Assembly (NCBI GenBank): GCA_964016885.1 | Contig: OZ024740.1 | Span: forward strand, 407,030,001 to 407,094,000 | Direction: 5' to 3' | Length of the DNA stretch: 64,000 nucleotides | From: Eledone cirrhosa | Lineage: Eukaryota | In this document: positions 41,176-51,905 of the stretch, one piece after another | Numbering within the stretch: position 1 is the stretch's first letter | How the letters are laid out: every line of letters starts with the position of its first letter | Made by a program: the position numbers and the translations under genes | Notes under the pieces: model-generated | Database searches by the model: none | The model's input: the letters and a program-made list of their open reading frames with translations, nothing else | What the model was told of the DNA's origin: nothing

Positions 41176-41342
41176 GGGCATTCCACTTATATGATCTCGA
41201 CAATGATGGATATATTACTAAGAAAGAGATGGTTGATATAGTAGGAGCAATTTATAACATGGTGGGTAACTTAATGGATTTGCCTGAAGATGAAGATACT
41301 CCAGAAAAGAGAGTTGAAAAGATATTTTCTCAAATGGATTTG
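41176..41342 (+). CDS. NCS1: NCS-1/frequenin-family exon (EF-hand 3 and linker): (W)[55 protein letters not shown]
   Basis: Pyrimidine tract and TAG acceptor (41173-41175), GTATG donor at 41343; 167 nt. Phase matches the previous exon (T+GG=Trp). Canonical EF loop [12 protein letters not shown]. Absent from the ORF track. Confidence 0.96.
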
Positions 41343-41569
41343 GTATGTTTTCAAAATACAATTCACTTCTTCTTTTATTTACTTTGTTGAATATGAAACA
41401 AAATTAATTTCTTGATATATGAGACACTGTAAATTATGATTATATTTATTTCTGAAATTACTTTAATTAACATTTATTGCATGACATATTTTAAACTGAC
41501 CTTTTTCTTTTCAATACATATACATAGTTTTTTTCTCTGCTAATAATAATTAAACATATTTACAATTGT

Positions 41570-41720
41570 AGGCGACGAATTGAGTCATTAGAACCTTGGA
41601 TAGAATGATTTGTAGTATTCACTTCTGCTCTCTGAGTTCAAATCCCGCTGAGGTCAACTTTGCCTTTCATCCATTCATGGTCGATAAAAAAAAAAGTACC
41701 AGTCAAGTATTGGGGTTGAT
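41570..41720 (+). mobile_element. tRNA-derived SINE
   Basis: GAGTTCAAATCC B-box followed by gaggtcaactttgcctttcatcc..ggtcgataaa..agtaccag. Confidence 0.75.
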
Positions 41721-42019
41721 TCTTCCTCTATATCTCTTTCTCATTTCCTTTCTATCACTTTCTCTATCCTTCTCTGGAAGAAATCGACTCTATGCAGGCC
41801 TGGAGAGGAAATGGGCTCCGGCAGGTTTAAAAAATGCCCTTGAAACACTGTCAATATGGTGCCCCTACAACTCCTCAGGAATTACAGGTCCATACCATAT
41901 TTACAATCAAACTGTGTGTCTTATAATTCAACCGTTTTTAAATATGTGCCATTTAAACTTCTTCTGCTGTTTTCTCGCCTTATTTACAAATATATTAAAC
42001 CTATTTTAGCTACTAGTTA

Positions 42020-42190
42020 TAGGCAGAGGGTCGGACGCCATGCTTTGCAGCATAGTTACGGCCCTTTATGGTCTGAGTTCAAATCCTGCCGAGGTTAACT
42101 TTGCCTTTCATTCTTACGGGGTCGATAAAATAAAGTACCAGTAATACACTGGGATAATTGCTGGCCTTGTGCCAAAAGTAGAAACAATTA
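42020..42190 (+). mobile_element. tRNA-derived SINE, slightly 5' truncated
   Basis: Highly similar to 51101-51285. Confidence 0.85.
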
Positions 42191-42198
42191 TAATTTAT

Positions 42199-42952
42199 TG
42201 AACATGACCTGGGCATTACGGTCAACAGCGATTTGCGTTGGACGAAGCACGTCTCTAAAATTGTCAAGAAGGCAGAGGGTGTCTTAGCATCACTCAGTAA
42301 GACCTTTGTCAGCCGCTCTCCAGCTATCTATTTAAAGCTGTACATAGCTATGGTGCGGCCACACTTAGAATTTGCATCACCAACCTGGAACCCCTATCTT
42401 GCTCAGAACATTGACCGCCTGGAAACTGTTCAGAGACGTGCAACCAAGCACATACCCTCCATCAGACACCTACCATACTCTGAATGCCTTGCTTCCCTGG
42501 GCATGGATACGTTGAAGCTCCGACGTCTGGCAACTGACTTGGTAAACACCCACAAAATTATTAACCATCTTGCCAACAACAACCCTGAGTACCTTTTTGA
42601 TTTCCATGTGTCTAACACACGTGGGCATGCCCACAAAGTCAGAAAACAGTACAGTTCCCATGACTTTCGGAAACATTTTTTCACGCTCAGAGTTGCTGAA
42701 GCATGGAACAAACTACCTGCATCAGTTATTAGCTGTCGAAACACTGCATCCTTTAAAACCTTCATGCTTCCTGAGATTCACCAACACTACACCTAATGTT
42801 CCCCCTCCATACACATACACACATGTATATCATGACTCATACACTATTCACTTTGCTGACATTTGTATATTATTCTATGTACTATACATGCACCTTTGAT
42901 GAGTTATAGTGCACCTGAGCACTTTACACAATAATTTCATTATTATTATTAT
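42199..42952 (+). mobile_element. 5'-truncated CR1-clade LINE, same family as 36745-37805, opposite orientation
   Basis: ORF 42233-42796 (RPHLEFAS, LETVQRRATK, WNKLP). 3' UTR gatgagttatagtgcacctgagcac and (ATT)n tail. Confidence 0.93.
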
Positions 42953-43147
42953 ATACTTTTTGTATTTTTAATAAGTTTAAATAACTACAACAGAGGTATT
43001 GAGATCTAAAATAAAAATAAACCCAGATTAAACAACTATTGTTTCTAACTAAACTTACTGGAAAAAGTATATCTCAAACCCCTATCTTCAGCCTTCTTTA
43101 TGGTTATCTAACACTCTTTCTTTCATTCATTGTTGATATCCATCACC

Positions 43148-43215
43148 CTCTCTCTCTCTCTTTCTATCTCTCTCTCTTTCTATCTATCTCTCTTTCTATC
43201 TGTCTCTTTCTATCC
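43148..43215. repeat. (TC)n/(TATC)n microsatellite; further pieces at 44068-44115, 49894-49951 and 49994-50035
   Basis: Direct reading; these tracts bound each Tx1-like insertion. Confidence 0.9.
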
Positions 43216-43220
43216 ATATC

Positions 43221-44066
43221 AAGCGATCCATTCGACAGGGATGCCCTCTCTCCTCCCTTCTGTATGTATTGACTCTCGAGCCACTACTGCGGAAGTTGGA
43301 GCTATTGCAGGGCATCCCTCTGGAACCGGGACTGCAGAAAGCGGCGTCGGCCTACGCCGACGACATGACAGTAATGGTGTCGAGTGCCTCGCAAATCGAG
43401 GAACTCGGCACCTTACTGAAGGAATATGAAAGGTTCACAGGAACTGGGACAAGTCCATCGGTTTGCAACTCAGATCGTGGAGAGGCAAACCGATGCCTTC
43501 CGATGGCGTCATCGGACGCTGGACGGAAGGACCAGTAAAGCTGTTCGGGGTCTGGTTTGGTCTGGACCTCCAGGTGGAGAAGAACTGGAACGAGGTGTCG
43601 GCCAAGGTGTTTGCACTCACCCAGAAGTGGGCCGAGTGCAAACTATCCTTGAAAGGTCGAGCGGAGGTGGCGAACACTTTTATAGCGTCCGCCATCTACT
43701 ACCGCTTGACCATCGTGCCTTGTCCAGCCAAAACGCTCGCCAAAATGGAGCGCGCGCTCTTCCAATTCCTTTGGAAGAGGCGGGCTCCTTTGGTGAGAAG
43801 ATCCATCTGCTGCCAACGCCCTTCCAACGGAGGGCTGGGGATGCCGTGGCTGACGATGCGCAAACACGCGCTCAGGCTGCGGCATCTCTACGTATTCCTC
43901 ACTGGACAACCAGTGTGTTACCCATATGAAATGTCTCCCCCTATTGGGGAAAATCGACTAATTTTTAAATTACATTTGTGATAATATTTTACACGTTTTT
44001 ATTGTATGTAAACTTCCCCCTTTGTATTTGTCCCCTTCTTTTGTGCCCCTGTGGCTAATAAAGAAA
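43221..44066 (+). mobile_element. 5'-truncated, internally deleted Tx1/L1-clade LINE copy
   Basis: 43221-43917 aligns to 48143-48852 (RQGCPLS, YADD, GGLG), then jumps to the 3' UTR (CCCCTATTGGGG...GTGGCTAATAAAGAAA). Confidence 0.9.
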
Positions 44067-44300
44067 CATATCTATCTCTCTCTATCTCTCTTTCTATCTA
44101 TCTCTCTTTCTGTCTAACGTGTGGAATATCGCCGGTAAGTTTTTTGTTAATTTCTATGCAAAAGAACCGATCTAATTGTTTGAAAAAAATACAACACTTT
44201 GTAGATTAACCCCCAAGCTGAATTGTCAGCTGGGTGGTAATCCCATTTTATTTAAAAGTTTGTTTTAAAATATCAAATTTTACAAAGTAAAAAAAAAAAC

Positions 44301-46172
44301 TTGAGCAACACTAGAACGCTGGAGAACGTTAATAGAGAAAAGAGAGAGAAAGAGGCAGATATTAACGTTATATCTGCTTCTGCTGCTATGGACGTTGCCA
44401 TAGATACTGTCACAAAAGAAAAAAATATATCAACATTTGAAAATGTTACAATTTCTACCGCCGAAGCAGAGAAAAATGACAATAACACACGGGAAAACAC
44501 GGCAAGAAAACCCATTGACATACATACACATGAAAAAGACATCAACAACTCTACAGATACATCTACACATAAAATTTCCAACAACGATAACATCATTATT
44601 AACAACAACATCACACAAAAAAAGAAAATGTCTTTTGCTGACACAGTCAACAAGAAACAAGATTTTATAAATCTTGATATCTCCAACGCAAGAGATATGC
44701 TCCAGCAAGGGAGAAAATTTGTAACTTTCGAAGAAAGAGGTGGGTTTAGAATTAACTCACCCCTTGAAATAAAGGAAGACACAAACCGCCGATCAGTCAC
44801 TTTTAGGACTGTGTCAAATTCGTCAAGAAAACCGACATTTGTTAATCAGTCAGATATAGAAGATTCTTTCAAGGAGATTCTAGGAAATGTCGATTTTCTC
44901 CAGCGAGGAAGACAGTACGGAAGTGTTTCCGTACTGTTTAAAAGCGAGGCACTGGCCCAAAAAAACTCTGTGACACCAATAGTGTCAAAAGCATACACCT
45001 TTTTCCCTACATACATGGGGAAAAGGACACAAAAAATAAAAATAAAAAACATACCTCCAAGCATTAACATCTGGTGGATCTTGGCTGGCTTCGTAGAGCC
45101 AGAAACAGACATAATACTTTCGATATGAAAATCCATTCGACAAAGGTGGGCGGGCACCGATTTGGAGATTCTGTTGCAAATGAAACCGGAGAGAATCTCC
45201 AAAATACCCGAAAGAGTCGTTATTGATAATAACAACAAAATAAACATTTCGGTAGAAGGAAGAAAATTTCACTGCTTTCGCTGTGGTAGCACATCTCACC
45301 TAAAAGCCTCTTGTCCACAAGCACACAACAGCAACATCATAAAAAAAACGCTATTACCAACACCAACACCAAAACAACCACCACCACCACCACAAGTACA
45401 ACGACAGACGAAACGAGCAACCACACCAAAACAAACAGACACTCAACCAACAACAACAGAAAAAACAGAGACAACACCCCTGAAGAACACATCCCCACTC
45501 CATCCCACTCCATCAAACACTACCACAAACACACATACCGAAACACCACCACCACCACACAACATACCTTTACCCCACACACCTGACGATGATTATTCAT
45601 CGACGGATGAAGCTGCTTCTCCTTCTTTAAGTGAAGAAGAGGGAGAACCGCGGAAATCCAAAAAACAAAAAAAGAGACACCACAAAACCCCCAAAACTCC
45701 AATCACCAACACACAACCACAGACACAAACAACAACACAAACAACACCACAGTCAAACATCCCCCTATCAGCAAAACCAGCACCAACACCACCCCAAACA
45801 CAAGCACCCACCATAAAAAGAAAACTCCCGGATGAACAACAAACTAAAACAATACAACAAAAACACAAACAACAATACGCATACATCAACACAAACAACA
45901 AGAGTTTGATGGAGGTCATCTCCCAAAACCCCAAGGTGGAGACGGAGGGCAAAACTTTCGTCAAGGCAGAATCGTCTCCACACCTTAAACTTATAAGGGT
46001 TTCTATGGAAACCTATAAAGACCTGAAAATTAAATTTTCACAGGACGTGGGCAACCCCTGCCACAAACCCATCAACCGCGTCCTGTTGAAAGGTTTCCCC
46101 ACCCCAGCCAACACCCCATCCAGCACCCAAATGGAGATTGAGCAACCCGATCTCCAGGAAACGAAAAGGTAA
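44301..46172 (+). pseudogene. LINE ORF1 (gag-like, zinc knuckle CFRCGSTSHLKASC, P/T/Q-rich tail) with one in-frame TGA at 45126-45128
   Basis: Track ORFs 44301-45128 and 45162-46172 are in the same frame, separated only by the TGA. First in-frame ATG is at 44388. Confidence 0.85.
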
Positions 46173-46213
46173 GTGCACCTTTCGTCCTTTTTCTCCAACT
46201 TTTCTTCACCAAC

Positions 46214-49200
46214 ATGGCTGGTTTACGAGTTGGAACCGTGAATGTGCGTGGCCTAGGGATGCACTGGAAACAGGACCAACTTTTAAACGACCTTAGGTCA
46301 CACAGTATGGATGTGATAGCCATCACCGAGTCCAGAATCCACAACAGGCAGCAACTAACCCCCATCTTCGACGACTTTGAGATCTACGCATCTCTCTGTC
46401 AGCCAGGAGGTGGAGGTAGAGTGGCTGTTATGTTTCGGAAGAACCTGGACATCGGAGTACAGCAAGTACACTTGGACCCGGAGGGTAGACTGGTAGTCCT
46501 AGACGTGAACAGTATCGGAGGTGGAGCCTTCAGACTGGTGGCCGTTTATGCCCCGACCGGGCAATCGCAATCACGGCCAGACTTCTTTAAGCGTCTAGAG
46601 TCTTTTCTGGGAACGTCTCGCTCCTTACTTTTAGTGGGGGACTGGAATGGTATCCTAGATGCACGATGGGACTATGTGGGAGCATGTCCCAGTAGAGCGG
46701 GGTGCAACAGCCTCAAAACTTTAATCGGCCAATTCCAACTGGCCGATAGGTATCGACTGGATTTCCCGACTGCACCACAGTGGACGTGGGTAAACCGCAG
46801 TGGGACATCTAGATCGTATTTAGATAGGTTTTTCATTAGAGAAAGGGACAAGGATATGTTAAGCTGTCCACGAATGCACATGGTTGCCTATTCAGATCAC
46901 AAGTTAGTCGTCTGCTTAGTCAACCGTGATAGAATACATAGACAGGGTCCCGGATACTGGAAGCTGAACGTGTCGTTGCCGGCACGTAAAGCTTACAGTG
47001 AACGGATAAGTAAACTAGTCAAGCAACAGTTAACGGGAGCCATCGTCAACAATAGATGGTGGTACTCTCTCAAGAAAGCAATTAGAATAGAATCGATAGG
47101 GTATAGCAGAGAGTTAGCCTTAGAGAAAAACAGAATAGAAAGAGAACTAGTAGCCAAGGTAGAGGAGGCACTTAGAAGTGGCAACGCGGCTAGAGTGTTA
47201 GCGTCGAGAACGGCACTGGACCAGTTCTTCGATGCAAAACACGAAGGCTGCGTGGTCAGAAGCAAAACACGTGCTCTAGGAAACGAAGGAGCGAAAGCTG
47301 TCAGCTGGGCCCGAGTGGCGGAGGCAAAAAGTGGCAACAAGTCCACGATTCGGTCTTTGAAAGACCAAAACGGACGCGTGCTACTTGACCCCAAGCAAAT
47401 GTGCGCGGCCTTTCAGCGGCACTTTGCGCGACTGTTTGAGCAGAACGACGGTGAGCCGAACGGGGCAATGGACTTTAGTTCATACCTCGACGGCCTGCCG
47501 CGTCTCTCGAACACGGACGCCGAGTTCTGCGAAAGACCGATCACGGACACTGAGATACGGGACGCTCTGGGCCGCTGCGGGAAACGCAAGTCACCCGGTC
47601 TAGATGGTCTACCCTACGAATTTTACATAGGCATGCCGGACTTGTTCTCTGGCGTCCTCGAAGCCATCTACTGCAATTGGCAGCAGAACGGGAGAATTCC
47701 CAGTTCTGCAGGCAAGGGCGTAGTAACGCTGATCAGGAAAGACGAGAACAAGGGGGACGAAATTAACAACTTCAGGCCCATAACTCTGCTCAACACAGAG
47801 TTAAAGATTTTGGCCAAGGTGCTAGCGACAAGGTTGGCGCTTGTCGTCGAGAACCTGGTAGGGAAAGCGCAAATGTGTGCAATCCCGACCAGGTCCATAC
47901 ACGACAACCTCCACCTCATGCGATACATCATAGAGGGGGTGGGTAGTAAACCCGGCTTCGGTGGGGCTCTGATCAACTTGGATCAGTCTAAGGCATTCGA
48001 TAGGGTCGATCATCGATACTTGGAAGCGGTTCTCAAGGCGGCCGGTTTCGGTCCCGTGTTCAGAGGATGGATCGAGGCGATGCACACCAGCATCTGCTCA
48101 AGGGTCAAGGTGAACGGCTACCTATCGGAGCCGTTCGCAATCACGCGTTCCATTCGACAAGGGTGCCCTCTCTCCTCCATTCTGTATGTATTGACTCTAG
48201 AGCCACTACTGCGGAAATTGGAGCTGTTGCAGGGCATCCCCCTAGAACCGGGACTGCGCAAAGCGGCGTCGGCTTATGCCGACGATGTGACAGTAATGGT
48301 GTCGAGCACCTCGGAAATCGGGGTGATCGGCAACATACTGAAAGAATACGAAACGCTGACGGGAGCAAAACTAAACCCAGACAAGTCTGTCAGTTTGCAA
48401 CTCGGTACGTGGAGAGGCAAACCGATGACATCCGACAGCGTCGTTGGACGCTGGACGGACGGACCGGTGAAATTGCTCGGGGTCTGGTTCGGTCCAGACC
48501 TCCAGGTGGAGAAAAACTGGAACGAGGTCACGGCCAAGGTGTTTGCACTCACTCAGAAGTGGGCAGAGTGCAAACTGTCCTTGAAAGGTCGAGCGGAGGT
48601 GGCGAACACTTTCATAGCGTCCGTCATCTACTACCGCTTGACTGTCGTGCCTTGTCCCCGTGAACACCTCGCCAAGATGGAACGCATGCTCTTCCAGTTT
48701 CTGTGGAAGAAGCAGGCTCCGCTGGTGAGGAGATCCGTCTGCTGTCAGCACCCTTCCAACGGAGGGCTGGGAATGCCGTGGCTGATGATGCGCAAACATG
48801 CGCTGAGGCTGCGGCATCTCCAGGTATTCCTCACCGACCCCCAACCGGTGTGGGCACCGTTTGTGAGACAGGCTTTCCCACAGCTCGTCTCGCTAACGGA
48901 GCTGCAGTCCTGGGTGAAGAAAAGACCGAAAACGATGGGCGCCTGGCACATTGAATGCGCTCAGGCGCTCACAGTCCTCTGGCAAGCGGGCGCAGCAATC
49001 AGTGGAGACTCCACTCGACATTCTATAGAGGGATTGTACGTTACAAGGGCGACGACGTGCTCGGAGAGACTCTGGGCGTCGAAGACGATGAGCTCACCAG
49101 TATGTTTGGTAGGACTTTCCGCCCGGGACCTATGGACAACTTCCAGAGGTCCCTGGCCTGGCAGTGCTACCGAGGAGCTCTACCGGTTCGTGACAAGATC

Positions 49201-49659
49201 TACAGGCACGGACGCCCTGGCAGGGATCCTTCCAAGAGGACGTGTCCAAGATGTGCGCAGGACATTGAAACAGTTCTGCACGCAATTGTACACTGCCCGG
49301 GCGTAAGCGACCTGTGGAACTATGCAGAACAACTGCTGTCGCGTATGGGACAAATACAGTTGACTGCCGAGTCCATAGTAAGGATCAAACCGCCAGACTC
49401 TTTCAAAAACGAAAGAGAGGCGGTTTTCCTCTGTACGGTGGCTATGGTGAAAGAAATTATATGGTGGACGAGGTTGAGAGGACTGAGGACAGATGCCTTT
49501 CTCTCCGGACAACAATTGATTCCCTTCTTTAAGTATCACTTTAGAAGGAGAATCAGGGTGGAGAGAGAGGCACTGCACCCCAGTAAATTTACTGAAAGGT
49601 GGGTGAATGAAGCAAAAATAGCCCGAGTGATTGGGCCTTCTCTGTTTATAAGCCTGTAG
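46214..49659 (+). CDS. LINE ORF2: AP endonuclease, reverse transcriptase and C-terminal zinc finger; one 1-bp frameshift near 49017
   Basis: TVNVRGL, ITES, VYAPT, GDWN, SYLDRFF, SDHK (APE); KSPGLDG, FRPITLLN, LDQSKAFDRVDH, RQGCPLS, YADD (RT); CPRC..ETVLHAIVHC in the shifted frame (ORF 48955-49659). Confidence 0.93.
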
Positions 49660-49909
49660 GTTGAGGAAGAGAGCAAAAGGAAGAAAGGAGCACTTGCACA
49701 ACACGCTCCTCGAGTTGAGGGTTGTTCTATCGACGGGGTATTAAACAACCCATTTGTGGCGCCTCCCCCCTATTGGGGATTTCGATTGTTGAAATTGTTT
49801 GTTTTTATATTTTTTACACGACTGTATGTAAAATCCCTGGCATGTCTTTGTATTGTCCCCTTTCTTGTTGCGCCCTTGTGGCTAATAAAGAAATCTATCT
49901 ATCTCTCTT

Positions 49910-49940
<31 letters not shown>

Positions 49941-49951
49941 ATCTATCTTTC

Positions 49952-49994
49952 TATTGTCCCCTTTCTTGTTGCGCCCTTGTGGCTAATAAAGAAA
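49952..49994 (+). mobile_element. Exact repeat of the terminal 43 bp of the Tx1-like LINE
   Basis: TATTGTCCCCTTTCTTGTTGCGCCCTTGTGGCTAATAAAGAAA is identical to 49851-49893. Confidence 0.9.
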
Positions 49995-50099
49995 TCTATC
50001 TATCTTTCTCTCTCCTCCTCTCTTTCTTTCGCTCTGTCAACACTTTTCAGTTTTGTCATTGATAAGAGAACTTCTCTAGTGTTGACACCATGTAAAATA

Positions 50100-50290
50100 T
50101 ACCCAGTGCACTGTGTAAAGTGGTTAGCATTAGGAAGGGCATCCAATTATAGAAACCATACCAAAAATGGAACATAGGAGTGAGACATGGTCCCTGACTC
50201 ATCTTTGAGTGTAGTAACTCGCAAAAAGAACCGATTCAGACTATAACAACCTGTCCAACCCATATCTGCATGTAAAAGTGAACATAAAAT
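50100..50290 (+). mobile_element. Dispersed SINE-like repeat with GGAAGGGCATCC core and RTE-like tail
   Basis: cccagtgcactgtgtaaagtggttagcattaggaagggcatcc...acctgtccaacccat. Minus-strand relatives at 51655-51905, 53750-53980, 54585-54730 and 59517-59682. Confidence 0.7.
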
Positions 50291-51100
50291 TGTAATATTA
50301 CCAAACAAATCTTTATCATCTATTTTAAGCATTTATTTCTTTGTTACTCTGTCTTCATTATCAATTTTATTTCTTTTTAAATCTCGGAAAGTATTTAAAA
50401 TATTAAAAAATTTGTTCAATGATTCTAAACTGGTGGCTACTGTATATTATACACCTAGTCAAAAGAATCCTTATACATGGTTCAATTTCTAACATGATAC
50501 TTCTTGTATTTTGGTTTCAATTAATTATGAAATATATATAACATATCTTTGGAACAGTAAAATAAGTTTTCAGTAGTGATAACACCTATAAATGTTATCA
50601 CAAAACAGGTGGAACCTACTCTGTTTATAGAATGAAAAGTCCTCCAGCAAAAATTACACTTCACTTTCTGTAAAGCAGCTGCCATTTTGATCCCTCCTCA
50701 GAAATAAGTAGTTTGCTTTATCCTTCTTTTTTTTATTTATTTATTTTTGAATAACATCTCAGGATAATCTTTTGAAAGTACATTTTTCTCTTTTCCTCTT
50801 TTATCATTTTTTATAATTTTTTTCATATGTAATTCAGAATCTTTTAAAATCAAAATGTTATTCATGTAAAAAAATTATTTCTACATTCCAGAAGCCAGAT
50901 AAAAAAATGTTGCTTTAGCTTTTAAAACCATCTCTATTCTCCATTGAATATTTTCTGTATCACATTCTAATGTTTGGAATTAGATGCATTGGGTGCTGAT
51001 TTTTTTTTTCAGAAAAAGTAACTTGACTGGTGTGACATAGAAAATAGTGAGAATGAATACTTCATAGAATTTGTGAATAACTGTCATTATATTTCACTAA

Positions 51101-51285
51101 GGGCGGTGGATTGGCAGTATCGGTAGAGGGTCGGAAGCCATGCTTTCCAGCATAGTTACGTCCCTTTACGATTTGAGTTCAAATCCCGCCGAGGTTGACT
51201 TTGCCTTTCATCTTTACGGGGTCGATAAAATAAAGTACCAGTAATGCACTGGGTAATTGCTGGCCTTGTGCCTAAAGTAGAAACA
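51101..51285 (+). mobile_element. Complete tRNA-derived SINE with 15-bp target site duplication ATTATATTTCACTAA
   Basis: A-box TGGCAGTATCGG and B-box GAGTTCAAATCC. TSD at 51086-51100 and 51286-51300. Confidence 0.92.
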
Positions 51286-51654
51286 ATTATATTTCACTAA
51301 ACTTTGAAGGAATAGGGTAAAGCTTACAGCGAAGTATTTTTATTATAAATGGATTCATAGATATTAGTCTGATATTGTTACTTACAATCTTTCTGTACAT
51401 TCTGAAATATTCAAGAAGTTTAAGGAAGTTTGATACACAGCAGTAATGCTTCAGATATTTCTCAAAACCTTCAAAGAATATCTCGTTCCTTCCCTAACCT
51501 AACTTCATGTTGATTGATTCACTCAAAACATAAGAATGAAAAATTGAAATGATATCGGATCTTCATAACCATAAAATTAGAAAAATTTCAGAATTTGATA
51601 TTACATGTCCTTCATAATATTTATTATAAAAACTGATAAATTTGAAGGGCATCA

Positions 51655-51905
51655 TCGGCATCACCATTTATTATCTATTTTCCATGATTGCATGGCTTAG
51701 ATGTGTTGCCATATACTGAGACTAGATTGATTAGGTGATCACAACTTGCTCATACACTCCACTTTTGTTTTATGTCTGGATGCCCTTCTTAATGCCAACG
51801 ACTTTACAGCATGTACTAGGAGCGTATCATTGTGACACCAGCACTACCACTTTACAGGTTGGACTGGATGCTTTTTATTGTAACTCCATCACTACCACTT
51901 TACAG
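51655..51905 (-). mobile_element. GGAAGGGCATCC-family repeat carrying about two degenerate units related to the 46-bp satellite
   Basis: ggatgcccttc..gactttacagcatgtactagg...ccagcactaccactttacagg...atcactaccactttacagg. Confidence 0.65.

Larger units (their letters stand above)
44116..49893 (+). mobile_element. Apparently full-length Tx1/L1-clade non-LTR retrotransposon (~5.8 kb)
   Basis: 5' UTR, ORF1 with CCHC knuckle, ORF2 with APE-RT-zinc finger, 3' UTR ending AATAAAGAAA. Flanked by TC/TATC repeats. The 5' boundary is approximate. Confidence 0.93.

Noticed and set aside
45126-49020. Programmed readthrough (ORF1 TGA) or programmed frameshift (ORF2)
   Set aside because: No slippery heptamer or readthrough context; mutation or sequencing error is simpler.
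43130-49704. Many short alternative-frame and antisense ORFs over the LINEs
   Set aside because: Shadow ORFs of GC-rich LINE coding sequence with no independent motifs.
51101-51190. tRNA gene
   Set aside because: A and B boxes are present but there is no cloverleaf; it continues into a SINE body with a TSD.
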